A DNA stretch of 64,000 bases from a bacterium (GTDB taxonomy: Bacteria > Hinthialibacterota > Hinthialibacteria > Hinthialibacterales > Hinthialibacteraceae), in NCBI GenBank assembly GCA_963663405.2, contig CAXXSM010000092.1, positions 96,001 to 160,000 on the forward strand, given 5' to 3'. The notes below the pieces were generated by a model, which saw nothing but the letters and a program-made list of their open reading frames with translations, was not told the DNA's origin and made no database searches. A program made the position numbers and the translations under genes. Each line of letters starts with the position of its first letter. Positions within the stretch are counted from its first letter, which is position 1. Positions 31,697-42,023 of the stretch are shown piece after piece.

Positions 31697-31719
31697 CGAT
31701 TGTTCTAAATCACTAATGA

Positions 31720-34512
31720 TCAGTAGTTTTCCCACAGAGACGCTTTCGAATCAGTAAGAGTATTCGCATCGGTGACAACGTGCAGGAAGAAATCCTGTTC
31801 GACCGTGTATTCTTCATTAATAATGGCGAGCAGGCGGACAAAGGCGCCGGCCGCGTTGTCAGGAACTTCCCAGTATAAAGTACCATCTTCCAGAATCGTC
31901 ATTCCCTCCGGACCGTCGAGTAATTCGAAGGTCACGGTTTCTGGATCCGCCAACACGCTGGGTTGATAGGAGAACAACGAATTTTCATGAACCGTCGAAG
32001 CGGGATACGTAATGAAAACGTGCGGATGCTCGTCAAGCCCCGATACAACATGGGGACTTGCGACGTTAACGGTAAATTCCTGAACGGCCTCTTCGATCCC
32101 CAGTCCGTTATCCTGCGCGTAATGATCGACCAGTTTGATCGTAACGGCATGGTTTCCTATCTGCGCCTCGGTTGGTGTCCAAAGAAGGGTTCCCGATTCG
32201 TGAATCGTCATCCCTTCCGGCCCTTGGACAATTTGCCATTCATACGATACATCGGTTAAACTGTCCTGAACCAGATGATGGAAATCGGCGTCGAAAAAGA
32301 CAGGATGATAGAAATAGGGTTGGTTGGCGACCGCGTTTGTTTGGGGTTTGGATACGATGTACGGATGGTTGTTCCCCTGCGCGTTATGGGGTACGGCGCG
32401 CACAATCGTAACCGGTTCCGAAGAATAATTGTCTTGATTCACAGCGATTACCGAGAACAAGAAAGGCAATCCGTTCGGCAGCGAGGGAATCGTTACACTG
32501 TTCATTTCCGGTGGAAGCGCGATCAGATGCGTCAACTCCCAATGATCGCCTTCCAAACCATATAGAATATTGTACTGAACCACGGTGGGATCATCGAGTG
32601 TTTTCCATGACAATTTGACGCTTTGATCCCCTTCGTACACGGCAATATCCGTTATATTTTCGGGGGAATTCGGATTTGAGATATGGACAGGAATAGGGGA
32701 ATACGCGTACTGAGGAGCGTTGACGCCATCGTCGATTCTCGCGTATACGAAATAATAGCCCGGCGCGAGATCCCGCTCATTCGCATCCAGAAAAATGGTA
32801 TTTTCCTCACCATCTTCTTCTGCGCTGGTGATGAAAAATCCGTCTTCCCCTTCCTGATCGGTATCGAGATAGAAACGAATTTCCGCATTATTATCGGAAT
32901 CTTCATCAAACCAGGTCACTTCGAACACATTCGAAGTCTTGGTTTCGGTTATCGTTTGAATCTCCACATACGGCATATCATTTTGGATCAGGGTTTCCAC
33001 ACTGTATTCCCCTAGTTGATCCGCATTCGAAATGGTGACAGTATACGAACCGGGATCCGGCTGATGAAGGAAGAAACTGGCGTCGTTTCCTTCCAGATTC
33101 ATAATGCTGAAACCGGCAATATTCTCATAACCAACGGGCAGCAAACCATCGGCGATATCCAAAATCGTTCCGTCCGGCAGAGTCAGAGTGGCGTCGACAT
33201 TCGTCACATCGTCATTGGCGTATCCAATACGGAAGATGACGGCGGGGACGCCTTCATCGAGCGTAAATGATGTAACCGGCTCCCCAGTGGGACGAATTTG
33301 GAATGTCCGCATCGAGTTTTTCGTCAAGGTTCGATTCAACACAGACCAGTTCGTCATAAACCGGAACGCCTGACCGCTTTTAGGATCTACATAAACTTTA
33401 TTGTTGTTAAATTCCCAAGGATTCTCCGGTTGATTTTCGCTCAACGAGAATGAAATATCTCCATCCATAAACGAGAATCCAACATTGATGCTGAAATACG
33501 CGGGATTCGGCACACACACATCCGGAAGACAAACTTCCGGCCCACAGCCGACAATCGGCAGGCAGGGGGGAACGTGGGAACAACCACCCGGCGTACATAA
33601 TTTTTTGGGAAGTGGAGCCACTGAAACGCTGCCGGAAAAACCATGCGTGTTAATAGTCGCTTTCACTTCACCGACGGATATGCTGCCCACGACGGGCAAT
33701 GAGGGAGTCTGCAAATCACCCGTTAACGTACCTTCGAAAGTATTACGATCGATCACGAAATGGATATCCGCTGAATAGATAGAGACGAATTCAGCATGGG
33801 CGTCAACCGTAAGCCGCTTTTGGGAAGGCAGAAAAACCGCATTTAGCGTGTCCCCTGTATCCACGCCAAAGACCTTCGCCGATCCGTTTATATCAAATTG
33901 CCCGGCTTCAGCAGCGATCGATGATTTTAGATGAATGACAAATTCAGCGTCGATTTCAAGCGGACTCACTAACAATCCGGCGTCTCCAATGTCCGGGCCG
34001 GCTGTGATACCGACTCGCCCGGAAAACGTCTCATCGGAACTGAAGCCTACTAATCCAAGAATTTGATTTTTTAATTTATTCGCGGCGTTCAACATCATAC
34101 ACACGATATCAATAGAATTTTTGGGCACGCAAACGTCCGTGATTAAAGCGTTCGAATACCCGATTCCAATAGAATCAAGAAACGCCCCGGTATCGGCGAT
34201 CGGGATATTCAATCCGCTGACCTCCGCATCAAGTTTTAACAATTGTTCATTGCCCGCGTCATATTCGATATCCGCGTCGAAGCCGTATAGGCTATTCTCC
34301 CCTTCTTCTGGGAAATAGGGAATTTTTAGCACCGCGTGGCCCTTATAGATATCATCCGCCGCATCGTACTCGAGACTGACTCCCGATAACGCGCCGACAT
34401 AGGGAAGAGAAATATCCGGTGTAATCACAATTTCTTGGGCGGGAACAGTAGATGGCAATACCAAAACACTAACCAATACAACGAAACGGATCGAAAAAAA
34501 CTTCTTCATCAT
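31720..34512 (-). CDS. Large secreted protein with FN3 and Ig/cadherin-like (He_PIG-type) domains
   Basis: Signal peptide MMKKFFSIRFVVLVSVLVLPSTVPA (RBS GGAG); FN3-like SVKLSW...YNILYG; two GPEGMTI...G.L.W repeats; ends DSKASLWENY. Confidence 0.85.
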   Translation of the reverse strand: MMKKFFSIRFVVLVSVLVLPSTVPAQEIVITPDISLPYVGALSGVSLEYDAADDIYKGHAVLKIPYFPEEGENSLYGFDADIEYDAGNEQLLKLDAEVSGLNIPIADTGAFLDSIGIGYSNALITDVCVPKNSIDIVCMMLNAANKLKNQILGLVGFSSDETFSGRVGITAGPDIGDAGLLVSPLEIDAEFVIHLKSSIAAEAGQFDINGSAKVFGVDTGDTLNAVFLPSQKRLTVDAHAEFVSIYSADIHFVIDRNTFEGTLTGDLQTPSLPVVGSISVGEVKATINTHGFSGSVSVAPLPKKLCTPGGCSHVPPCLPIVGCGPEVCLPDVCVPNPAYFSINVGFSFMDGDISFSLSENQPENPWEFNNNKVYVDPKSGQAFRFMTNWSVLNRTLTKNSMRTFQIRPTGEPVTSFTLDEGVPAVIFRIGYANDDVTNVDATLTLPDGTILDIADGLLPVGYENIAGFSIMNLEGNDASFFLHQPDPGSYTVTISNADQLGEYSVETLIQNDMPYVEIQTITETKTSNVFEVTWFDEDSDNNAEIRFYLDTDQEGEDGFFITSAEEDGEENTIFLDANERDLAPGYYFVYARIDDGVNAPQYAYSPIPVHISNPNSPENITDIAVYEGDQSVKLSWKTLDDPTVVQYNILYGLEGDHWELTHLIALPPEMNSVTIPSLPNGLPFLFSVIAVNQDNYSSEPVTIVRAVPHNAQGNNHPYIVSKPQTNAVANQPYFYHPVFFDADFHHLVQDSLTDVSYEWQIVQGPEGMTIHESGTLLWTPTEAQIGNHAVTIKLVDHYAQDNGLGIEEAVQEFTVNVASPHVVSGLDEHPHVFITYPASTVHENSLFSYQPSVLADPETVTFELLDGPEGMTILEDGTLYWEVPDNAAGAFVRLLAIINEEYTVEQDFFLHVVTDANTLTDSKASLWENY

Positions 34513-34799
34513 ATACCAATCTCCAATCATAGATCGAATAAATTTCATGTAATTTAACATTATAGCGATCTTTTTCAAATATATTCAAATATAGTTATTG
34601 AAAAAGAGAAAAAAATAGGTAGAAATGTGGAGGATTATCCTCAAATTATACGAGAACATGCTACAAATCAGCGTTCCGTATATATATAAACGATATGATT
34701 TACTACTTGTCTACAACCAATTCTTCTCTAACATTTTTTTATAATATTTTTTATACATAATAAAACTGAAATAAAACAAAATGGAGCCACTAAAACAAT

Positions 34800-35426
34800 A
34801 TGAAAATCCGTAAGATGACATTCGCCTTCACGCTAATCGAATTGTTAATTGTCGTCGCCATCATTGGTATTCTAGCGGCGATCGCGGTCCCCAATTTCCT
34901 CAATGCGCAGATTCGGGCCAAAATCGCGCGATGTAAAGCGGATATGCGTTCGTTCGCCACGGCGTTTGAATCGTATTATGTGGATTGGAACACATTCCCC
35001 GATCCCGCGTGGGATTATGATATCATGGCCTTCCGTGGATTTCACAAATTAACGACACCGGTGGCGTATATGAGCAGCATCCCCGACAATCCGTTCGGGG
35101 AATCGATGGAAAATTCAGGGGAAATGATGAAAGGATACGAATACGGCGCGGGCAAAGCGGGCGTTGGAGCCCGGATTCATCCGATGAACACTTACATTTT
35201 TGAATCACATGGCCCCGGGAAAGTCGAACTCACCCACGGCTCAATCGCGACAATGTCCTATCCCGGCGGCGGTTGGCAAACCTATGACGCGGCGCGTTTA
35301 CTCGGTCTCATCTATCATCCTTCTAATGGCGTGAACAGCCGGGGTGAGATCATTTCCGTTGGTGGTATAGCCCCTCCCGAACCAGGCGTGAACCGGTTCT
35401 TCCAAGTTGTAAAGGGTGGATTGTAA
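34800..35426 (+). CDS. Prepilin-type N-terminal cleavage/methylation protein (GspG/pilin-like)
   Basis: FAFTLIELLIVVAIIGILAAIAVPNFLNAQIRAK; LTTPVAY; YHPSNG. Confidence 0.92.
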   Translation: MKIRKMTFAFTLIELLIVVAIIGILAAIAVPNFLNAQIRAKIARCKADMRSFATAFESYYVDWNTFPDPAWDYDIMAFRGFHKLTTPVAYMSSIPDNPFGESMENSGEMMKGYEYGAGKAGVGARIHPMNTYIFESHGPGKVELTHGSIATMSYPGGGWQTYDAARLLGLIYHPSNGVNSRGEIISVGGIAPPEPGVNRFFQVVKGGL

Positions 35427-35465
35427 AAGAATTTTTAAAATGCTATTCCCTTGAAATAAAGTCCA

Positions 35466-37275
35466 TCATTCGATACGAAAGATATCTCCCCTCGGCGTGA
35501 ACGGTAACCGGCTGTAGGAAGGGATCAAAAAAGCATGTTCGCGCCGAATACTCAATCGGTCGCACCAACCATCAGTTATAATCAGCAGGGGGGCGTCTTT
35601 TGGAAAATCTTCCGCTTGTTGAAGTAGATTAATTCCCGGTTGAAGGATGGTCCCACCTCGCCCTTTGATTTTTACATGTTCACATAATTCTTCGGGCGCT
35701 ATATATCCTTGATCGTAAGTCGCAGCGTCACAAAATACCAATCGAATACGATTCACATCGCGGGAAAGACTATAACTGGCGATCGCTCCCAACGCCCGGG
35801 CAAGCAGGTTTCGATCCATGGAGCCGGATGTATCCAGTACTACGCCAAAGGTCCGGTTTTCCTCAGCGCCCCATCGCGGCACATAATGAGGCCGTGGAAT
35901 ATCCGGACTGCCAGACTGCCGGCGGCTTGGTTTCGCATAGGACCGGATCTTTTCCAGCGGCGTAAAATGCCCATCAAACCACTTCGCCAGTTCCACATCC
36001 CAAGGAATCGGTGGGTGCGCTAACGCGTTGATTTCCTCAATCAGCCCAGCCGGTAAGAAGCCTCTTTCTTGCTCGGAATGATACTCCAATCCCTGTATCA
36101 AACAGCGCCGGTAAAAATATCCAGATCGCTTCCGGCGCCATGCGCCCACCAATCCGGCACTTGTGGATCTAACATATCCCCCTTGCCAATCCCCCGTAAT
36201 GTAGCGAGTTTACGAATCCGCCGCAGATCGGCGGCAATGATATCATAGACCGATTCCGCGGATTCACCCTTTAATTTCGGATCATAGAGAGCGCCGAAAG
36301 CGGGCATGTCGCCACACTGCATTTCCATCAGCCAACCATTGATGACATAATCACAAGCGGCGTTCCAAAGAAAGGGATCCCGTCCCTGCCGCCTGGAATC
36401 ATGGCGCAAACCCACGTGAAGCAATTCATGAGCGATTACAAATTTACTTTCTTCTTCGGTTAAGCTCATCGCGGGATTCAGATAAATCTCCTGCAGTTCC
36501 GCGTGAACGGCCGCCACCGAAATATCCATCCGGTGACATATGGATTGATCCTCAATGATTTTAAAACGGATGGCTAACGAACCCAGCAAAGGATACGAAT
36601 TGATGAACCAGCTTCGCGCCCGTTGCGCGCTAGTATTTTCATACTGTTCCGAATCGATCGTTTTCTGTTTCCCCGCCGCCACATTAACCGCGCTGGTTAC
36701 AGCGTTGCGCAAGCCGATTCCCAACAGTTTTTTCCAATCGGGCTCATTGCCAAAGAAATAATATCGCCTCCTCTCAAATATCATATCCGATTGACCTGGA
36801 TTCCCCGTCCCAAAACTCATGAATCGTTTGGGCAAACCATTCGCTAGAAATTCTTCATAGAGTTGCTGTTCCGAATTGATAGGCAGGTCCATTAAAATAT
36901 AGGTTTCGCCAGCCGATTTTGTCCGAGTTTGAAATCATCTAGAAACTTCGCTATGGTTAAATCACAAGCGGTATTCCACAGATCCGGCCGAGGTTTCTGC
37001 TTAAAATGCTCGAATCCTAAATGCAGCAAACAATGCGCAAACACATAAACCCACACATCTACTTCTTCATGCCGTTTCGGATGAGCGCAGATCATGCCAT
37101 CTATTGTAACAATCGCATATCCTTGGTCTGGATACAACACATCCTTAGTACGATAAATATCAACCGAATCCATAAGTGGGGCAAACATCGGATGCTTACT
37201 GATAATCCTCTCCGCATCCAAAAATTTTTGAGCGGCTGGATCGATTTTGTTTTTCGGCTTGTTTTTCCGCGCCAC
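35466..37275 (-). CDS. DUF2201-type metallopeptidase + vWA domain protein, apparent frameshifts near 36892 and 36110
   Basis: Three abutting ORFs: AHCLLH...WNTACD; AHELLH...WNAACDYVIN; and a vWA domain with VVLDTSGSM, GRGGT and IITDG. Confidence 0.82.
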
Positions 37276-38335
37276 CTATTTCCTCTCCTTCGCCAATCGG
37301 GGCAAGTCACGGATGATCCGGACTAAAAACCAATCCGGCAATACGCGCCCATCGTCACTTTGAGTGACGACCATCTGCGCGATCTCCAAGCTGATCGTGG
37401 ATAACTCTTTCAATAGATTTTTGGCTTGATGGGCAAGCCGCTTTTGATTGTCAGAGAGTTTGGTATCGTCATCAGGTAACTCTTTGATCAGATGCGCGCG
37501 AAAACTTTGCGCTAAAAAATATAACACATCCCGATCTCCCACTCCGTCTGGCCACCGGTCTTCACCTTTTAGAATTTTGGCCAAACCGAATTTGTTCCGA
37601 ATTTGTTTCACAAACGCTTTGAATTGCCCCGCATGTGTAGGCGATACACAGCCATGCGCCAACGTGTCTATCGTTTCGTCCGAAATATCTTCTCCATGCG
37701 CTTTGAGCGTATCACTCAAGATATGCCACGAACGGGGGGAGGAAAACGGCTCTTCGTGTTTCGGTGGTTTTTGGTGCAAGTGATCCGGACGATTTTGTAT
37801 ATATTCAATGATCCAGTGATGGATTTCCGCCTTCATCGCCCATTCCAGCCAGTCACGATGGGAAGCGCGAAGTTCAATGTGGAACATACGATTAATCAAG
37901 GCGGAGGACATTGGCTTTACAATCGCGCTGTCTTCCGCGCGGTTGCCCGCTCCAATGACAATAGAGCCTGATGGCATTGTGTATTCTCCAACACGCTTAT
38001 CGAGAATCAAACTATAGAACGCTTTTTGCACTTCATACGAGCAAGCGTTAAGTTCATCGAGAAAAAGGCAGTAGGGTTCGTCACGCGCAATCATGCTCGG
38101 AGGGCAGAACCGGCTTTTTCCATCGACAATCTGCGGCACTCCGATCAAGTCTTCGGGCGCCAATTGACTGCCTAGCAGAGACACACACGGCAATCCCACT
38201 TCATTCGCAAATTGAACAACCAGGGATGATTTTCCAATGCCCGGCGGTCCCCCAAATAAAAACAGGTCTTACCAAACCAATATTTAGTAATAATTCGCTT
38301 AATTCCTTCGGAGTAATTGACGTCGAAAGTTTCAT
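37276..38335 (-). CDS. MoxR-like AAA+ ATPase, frameshift at a G-run near 38250
   Basis: Removing one G from the run at 38249-38253 restores Walker A WGPPGIGKSS. Walker B LFLDELN; GAGNR, ALINR and SPRSW motifs. Confidence 0.88.
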
Positions 38336-38618
38336 ACAACCTCCATATGACACCATTTTAGCATCCCCCCTTCTCGCTAACATCCCTAAAATCGCCAATT
38401 CTCTTAGAACCTAAAAGTCGAGAAGGAAAAGAGATCATTGATTGGGCGATGGATAATGAGAGAAAAGAGATTCTCTTGCAGGAGAAAAATTAGAAATCAG
38501 GAAAGGATTAATGATAGTAACGATGGATATTGATTAAATTATTCAAACACCATTCAGCGCGGATTCTACGGCCCCCCGCTTTCCTGACTGGCGCGCTGGC
38601 GGTGGAATGAAGTGCGCA

Positions 38619-39812
38619 TTACAACTCGTTCCTCAACACCATATCACAGATGGGGCCGCGGCTGCGATCGCCTTTCAAAACGATATGCCCATAATGAGGT
38701 TCACCCAAGCAGGTTTTAACGATCCAGTTCAAGCCGTTGTTGAACTTGTTGAGATACCGGTTATCAATCTGCTCCACATCCCCCAGGCATACGCATTTTG
38801 TCCCATGACCCATCCGAGTTAAGAGACTTCGGACTTCTACGCGGGATAAATTCTGTGTCTCGTCTACAATCACAAACGCTCTTTCGATATTCATCCCGCG
38901 AATGTAAGCGATAGGAAGAATTTCGAAAAACTCTGGATTGAGTTTCAACTTGGCTGGTGTGGAGTCCTCCGTGAAAATCCGGCTGCACTTGCTGTCACGG
39001 TGCTGGTGCAGTTTATAGATTAGACTCCGCATGTATCGTACGTACGGGTCGACTTTATCCTCAATATCACCGGGCAGAAAACCAAGGCTTTCCCCGATTT
39101 CGATCGTCGGTTTGACCAGATAGATTTTGCTGTATCTTTTCTCCTGGATGACTTTCTGCATCCCCGCCGCCAGGGTGATGTAGGACTTCCCATATCCTGC
39201 TTTTGATTGAATACTCACCAAATGGATTTCGTCATTGAGCAGCAGTTCAAAGGCTAAATTCTGATACACATTCAGCGGTTTCACGTTCCAGACGGAATGT
39301 TCGTAATCGACTGGGTAGCGTTCCGCCGGCGATACATGCATAAACGGTTTGCCGTTCTCCCACGAAAACGAATTGGGGATAAACTGTTTCTGGTCCTCTT
39401 GTTGAAATCCTGTATACAGCTGCGATTCGGATTGATAGGGAATAGAATGTTCGAACGGTTCACTGCGAACGTTATGATACTTGCAGATCACCCGGAAAAG
39501 TTTATCGTTTGTGACCAGGATCGGTTCTTCGATGTTGGATTGTTTGATATCGTTTAATATCTGCAAATCGCCGGTGACTTTGCCGTTACTGCCTTTCTCT
39601 GCCCTTAATAACGTAACGTAGTCCTTCTCCTCGATCTCATCCACGACCCGCGCGACGAGTGGAGCCAACCGCTTATCATTTTTCAATCCTTCCAATTCGA
39701 GAATCACGGTATAGGGAAGATAGACCGCGTTTTCACTTCCATTATGCAGGATCTCAATGCAGTTTGGATTGTCCAGAAGAACATTCGTGTCAATTACATA
39801 ATTTTTTCGCAT
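38619..39812 (-). CDS. PhoH2-type protein (PIN domain + PhoH ATPase)
   Basis: YVIDTNVLL PIN domain; AGYGKS Walker A; LGFLPG, YIRG, IVDETQN and GDVEQID motifs. RBS GGAGG. Confidence 0.92.
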   Translation of the reverse strand: MRKNYVIDTNVLLDNPNCIEILHNGSENAVYLPYTVILELEGLKNDKRLAPLVARVVDEIEEKDYVTLLRAEKGSNGKVTGDLQILNDIKQSNIEEPILVTNDKLFRVICKYHNVRSEPFEHSIPYQSESQLYTGFQQEDQKQFIPNSFSWENGKPFMHVSPAERYPVDYEHSVWNVKPLNVYQNLAFELLLNDEIHLVSIQSKAGYGKSYITLAAGMQKVIQEKRYSKIYLVKPTIEIGESLGFLPGDIEDKVDPYVRYMRSLIYKLHQHRDSKCSRIFTEDSTPAKLKLNPEFFEILPIAYIRGMNIERAFVIVDETQNLSRVEVRSLLTRMGHGTKCVCLGDVEQIDNRYLNKFNNGLNWIVKTCLGEPHYGHIVLKGDRSRGPICDMVLRNEL

Positions 39813-40224
39813 GAACGCCTCCAACAAATTGGCATAAGGGATAAGCAACCGCAGGCTGGCCGGTGTTACGTGTCAAATAGAAGCAGGAAAAGAAAGGCGC
39901 CTTCAATTGATTTCTCAATCGGTGCTTAGGGGTTATGAGAATGGAACGATTCGTGTTTTGTCTCATTGATTTTAGAACGTGATTCCTTTTTGTTGATCGA
40001 TAGGTTCCTCCTTTCCAATCGTATCAAGTGATTGATTGACTCGTTCCTTGGATGCCTTTGTTGCAGCGTTCGATTGGTAACAGCTGTTTCATTCGAATCC
40101 CTCATCCCTTATTAATAGTCATTAACTAGGTTAGTGTATATCGTTTTTTTGGATTTATGTATCGATCCATGTTGGATTAATAATAATTTAACACAATTTG
40201 ATGAGATATTCAAAAAATTTTTTT

Positions 40225-40346
40225 TAACCACCATGATCGAAATTACAACCAGCAAATGAAAATGAGTTGCGGGAGAAATCCTGAACGAGAAAGTCTCGGA
40301 AACTCATTTTCATATAAAACCATCATGATTGAGATCACCACAAAAA
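40225..40346 (-). repeat. Family A repeat, copy 6, plus an abutting partial tandem copy
   Basis: Full reverse copy at 40225-40316, followed directly by AAACCATCATGATTGAGATCAC (3' portion of a second unit). Confidence 0.88.
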
Positions 40347-40378
40347 TGAAACGCCGCCGTAATACCGGCGGCGTTTCA
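40347..40378 (-). terminator. Rho-independent terminator of 40402..41367
   Basis: Perfect 13-bp stem TGAAACGCCGCCG / CGGCGGCGTTTCA followed by a T-run on the minus strand. Confidence 0.8.
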
Positions 40379-40401
40379 ATTGGACTCATTTCTAGGCTGG
40401 A

Positions 40402-41367
40402 TTAATAAAGTGACCAAGTATTCACTTCTGAGGTTTCCAGTTGTTCAACGACAAAATTATCCCACAACGCCCAGGCTCGATCTTCCCCATTCGAACCAAA
40501 TGGATCTTCGTGAGCGATTAAAACGCGTCCAGACGTATAGGTCATATCGGGATCTGTATACGTATGAACCTGAACGCCATTCAGAAAAACAGTGACGGTT
40601 CCATCGACGTATTCCATCGAGACGGTCACCCAACGGTTTCCTGGTGAACCGATAAAATGATCCGCTGCATCCCCAGGGAATAATTCCGCAAATAACGCGT
40701 CGTTGTTTTCTCCATTGGACTCCAGAAGCACACGGCAATCACTAATCGCCGCTGGATCGGCGACTGCCCATTCCCCACAGGAGAAATTGGCGCCGGCGGA
40801 ACCCTCTGGGAATCCTTCCGTAAATAAATAATCACCACGGGATCCAGAATCCCCATCCGAATTCATCGAAAAGAAATACCCATCCGATTGGCTGGGTAAA
40901 TCATTGCTGTCGGGCGCATAGACAAAACCTTCCCAACTCACGACAAGATCGCCGCTCTGATAGATTCCGAAATTGAAATTCTCCGTCGTGCCGGAGGTTT
41001 CAGGAATGAAATTCATATACACGTCAACACTCGCTCGAATGTTCCCTGAAAACTCTTCACTGGTATAAAAATTGATCACATCAGCCGTATTATATCCACC
41101 GACATTGGCATATACCTGCACGCCTGTGGTCGAGCCATCCGTGGAATTCGGAGCGGGAGAGATTCCCATATCCGAATAATCAACAAATTCCCAAAAATGC
41201 TGGAATCCATCTGGATCTTCTGGATTCTCATAAACTAGAATATCAAAGTTATTTTCAGAATCAGCGCTGTCAAATCCATCGGTGAATAAAACGGTCTGTG
41301 AAAAACAGAGGGGAGAAGCAAAAAGAACTGCCATTGCAAACAGCCAAAAAGTAGTTTGTTTCAGCAT
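40402..41367 (-). CDS. Secreted acidic beta-sandwich (ConA/LamG-like) hypothetical protein
   Basis: Signal peptide and RBS AGGAGG; WVTVSMEY...VTVFLNG...WDNFVV; ends TSEVNTWSLY. The fold is inferred. Confidence 0.82.
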   Translation of the reverse strand: MLKQTTFWLFAMAVLFASPLCFSQTVLFTDGFDSADSENNFDILVYENPEDPDGFQHFWEFVDYSDMGISPAPNSTDGSTTGVQVYANVGGYNTADVINFYTSEEFSGNIRASVDVYMNFIPETSGTTENFNFGIYQSGDLVVSWEGFVYAPDSNDLPSQSDGYFFSMNSDGDSGSRGDYLFTEGFPEGSAGANFSCGEWAVADPAAISDCRVLLESNGENNDALFAELFPGDAADHFIGSPGNRWVTVSMEYVDGTVTVFLNGVQVHTYTDPDMTYTSGRVLIAHEDPFGSNGEDRAWALWDNFVVEQLETSEVNTWSLY

Positions 41368-41468
41368 TGTATCCTCCTAAAATGTTATCATTATAAAACC
41401 ATTTCAAAAATAGAACTCGTTGTTACAAAAAACCTCCTTTCCAGGCCCGCGTTCCCATCGTTTTCTAA

Positions 41469-42023
41469 TTATATGCCTTCCGGCATAGAATGAATAAATC
41501 CTTTTTGAGAAATCCATATATTGCCATTGCTGATCAATCCATTTGAAGGATCGTAGCAACGCGCTCCATAGGCCCCATTAAAATACGTTTGGTCTGGGCC
41601 ATAAGAGCAGGCGCGCCACATCCCATAATGCTTCAGAATGTTTTCCGGCCATCCATATTGTATTATATTATGGTATGTATAATACAATTCATCCTGCGCC
41701 GCTTGATCCGGATCATTGGCGCGCACAAAAGGATCAACTAAAAGCCCCGATGAGAGATAGGCGACCGGTGTCGTTAAGTTATATCGTATATACCCATTCG
41801 TGGGATCGCCGATGGATACATTGGTATTGGGCGGGGGAGAGTTGTGATCCAGTGTATACATTTCAACCGCGGTCGAGACAGCTTTTAAATCCGATTCCGC
41901 GCGGGCTACTTTAGCGCGCATTTGTGCATTTAAAAAATTAGGAACAGCAATCGCCGCGAGAATTCCAATGATGGCGACAACGATAAGTAATTCAATCAAT
42001 GTGAAACCCGTTTTCAACTTCAA
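41469..42023 (-). CDS. Prepilin-type N-terminal cleavage/methylation protein (GspG/pilin-like)
   Basis: GFTLIELLIVVAIIGILAAIAVPNFLNAQMRAK; LTTPVAY; SYGPD; YDPSNG. Confidence 0.92.
   Translation of the reverse strand: MKLKTGFTLIELLIVVAIIGILAAIAVPNFLNAQMRAKVARAESDLKAVSTAVEMYTLDHNSPPPNTNVSIGDPTNGYIRYNLTTPVAYLSSGLLVDPFVRANDPDQAAQDELYYTYHNIIQYGWPENILKHYGMWRACSYGPDQTYFNGAYGARCYDPSNGLISNGNIWISQKGFIHSMPEGI

Noticed and set aside
40060-40110. TTCGAATCCC resembling a tRNA T-loop
   Set aside because: No acceptor stem, D-arm or anticodon arm can be folded around it.
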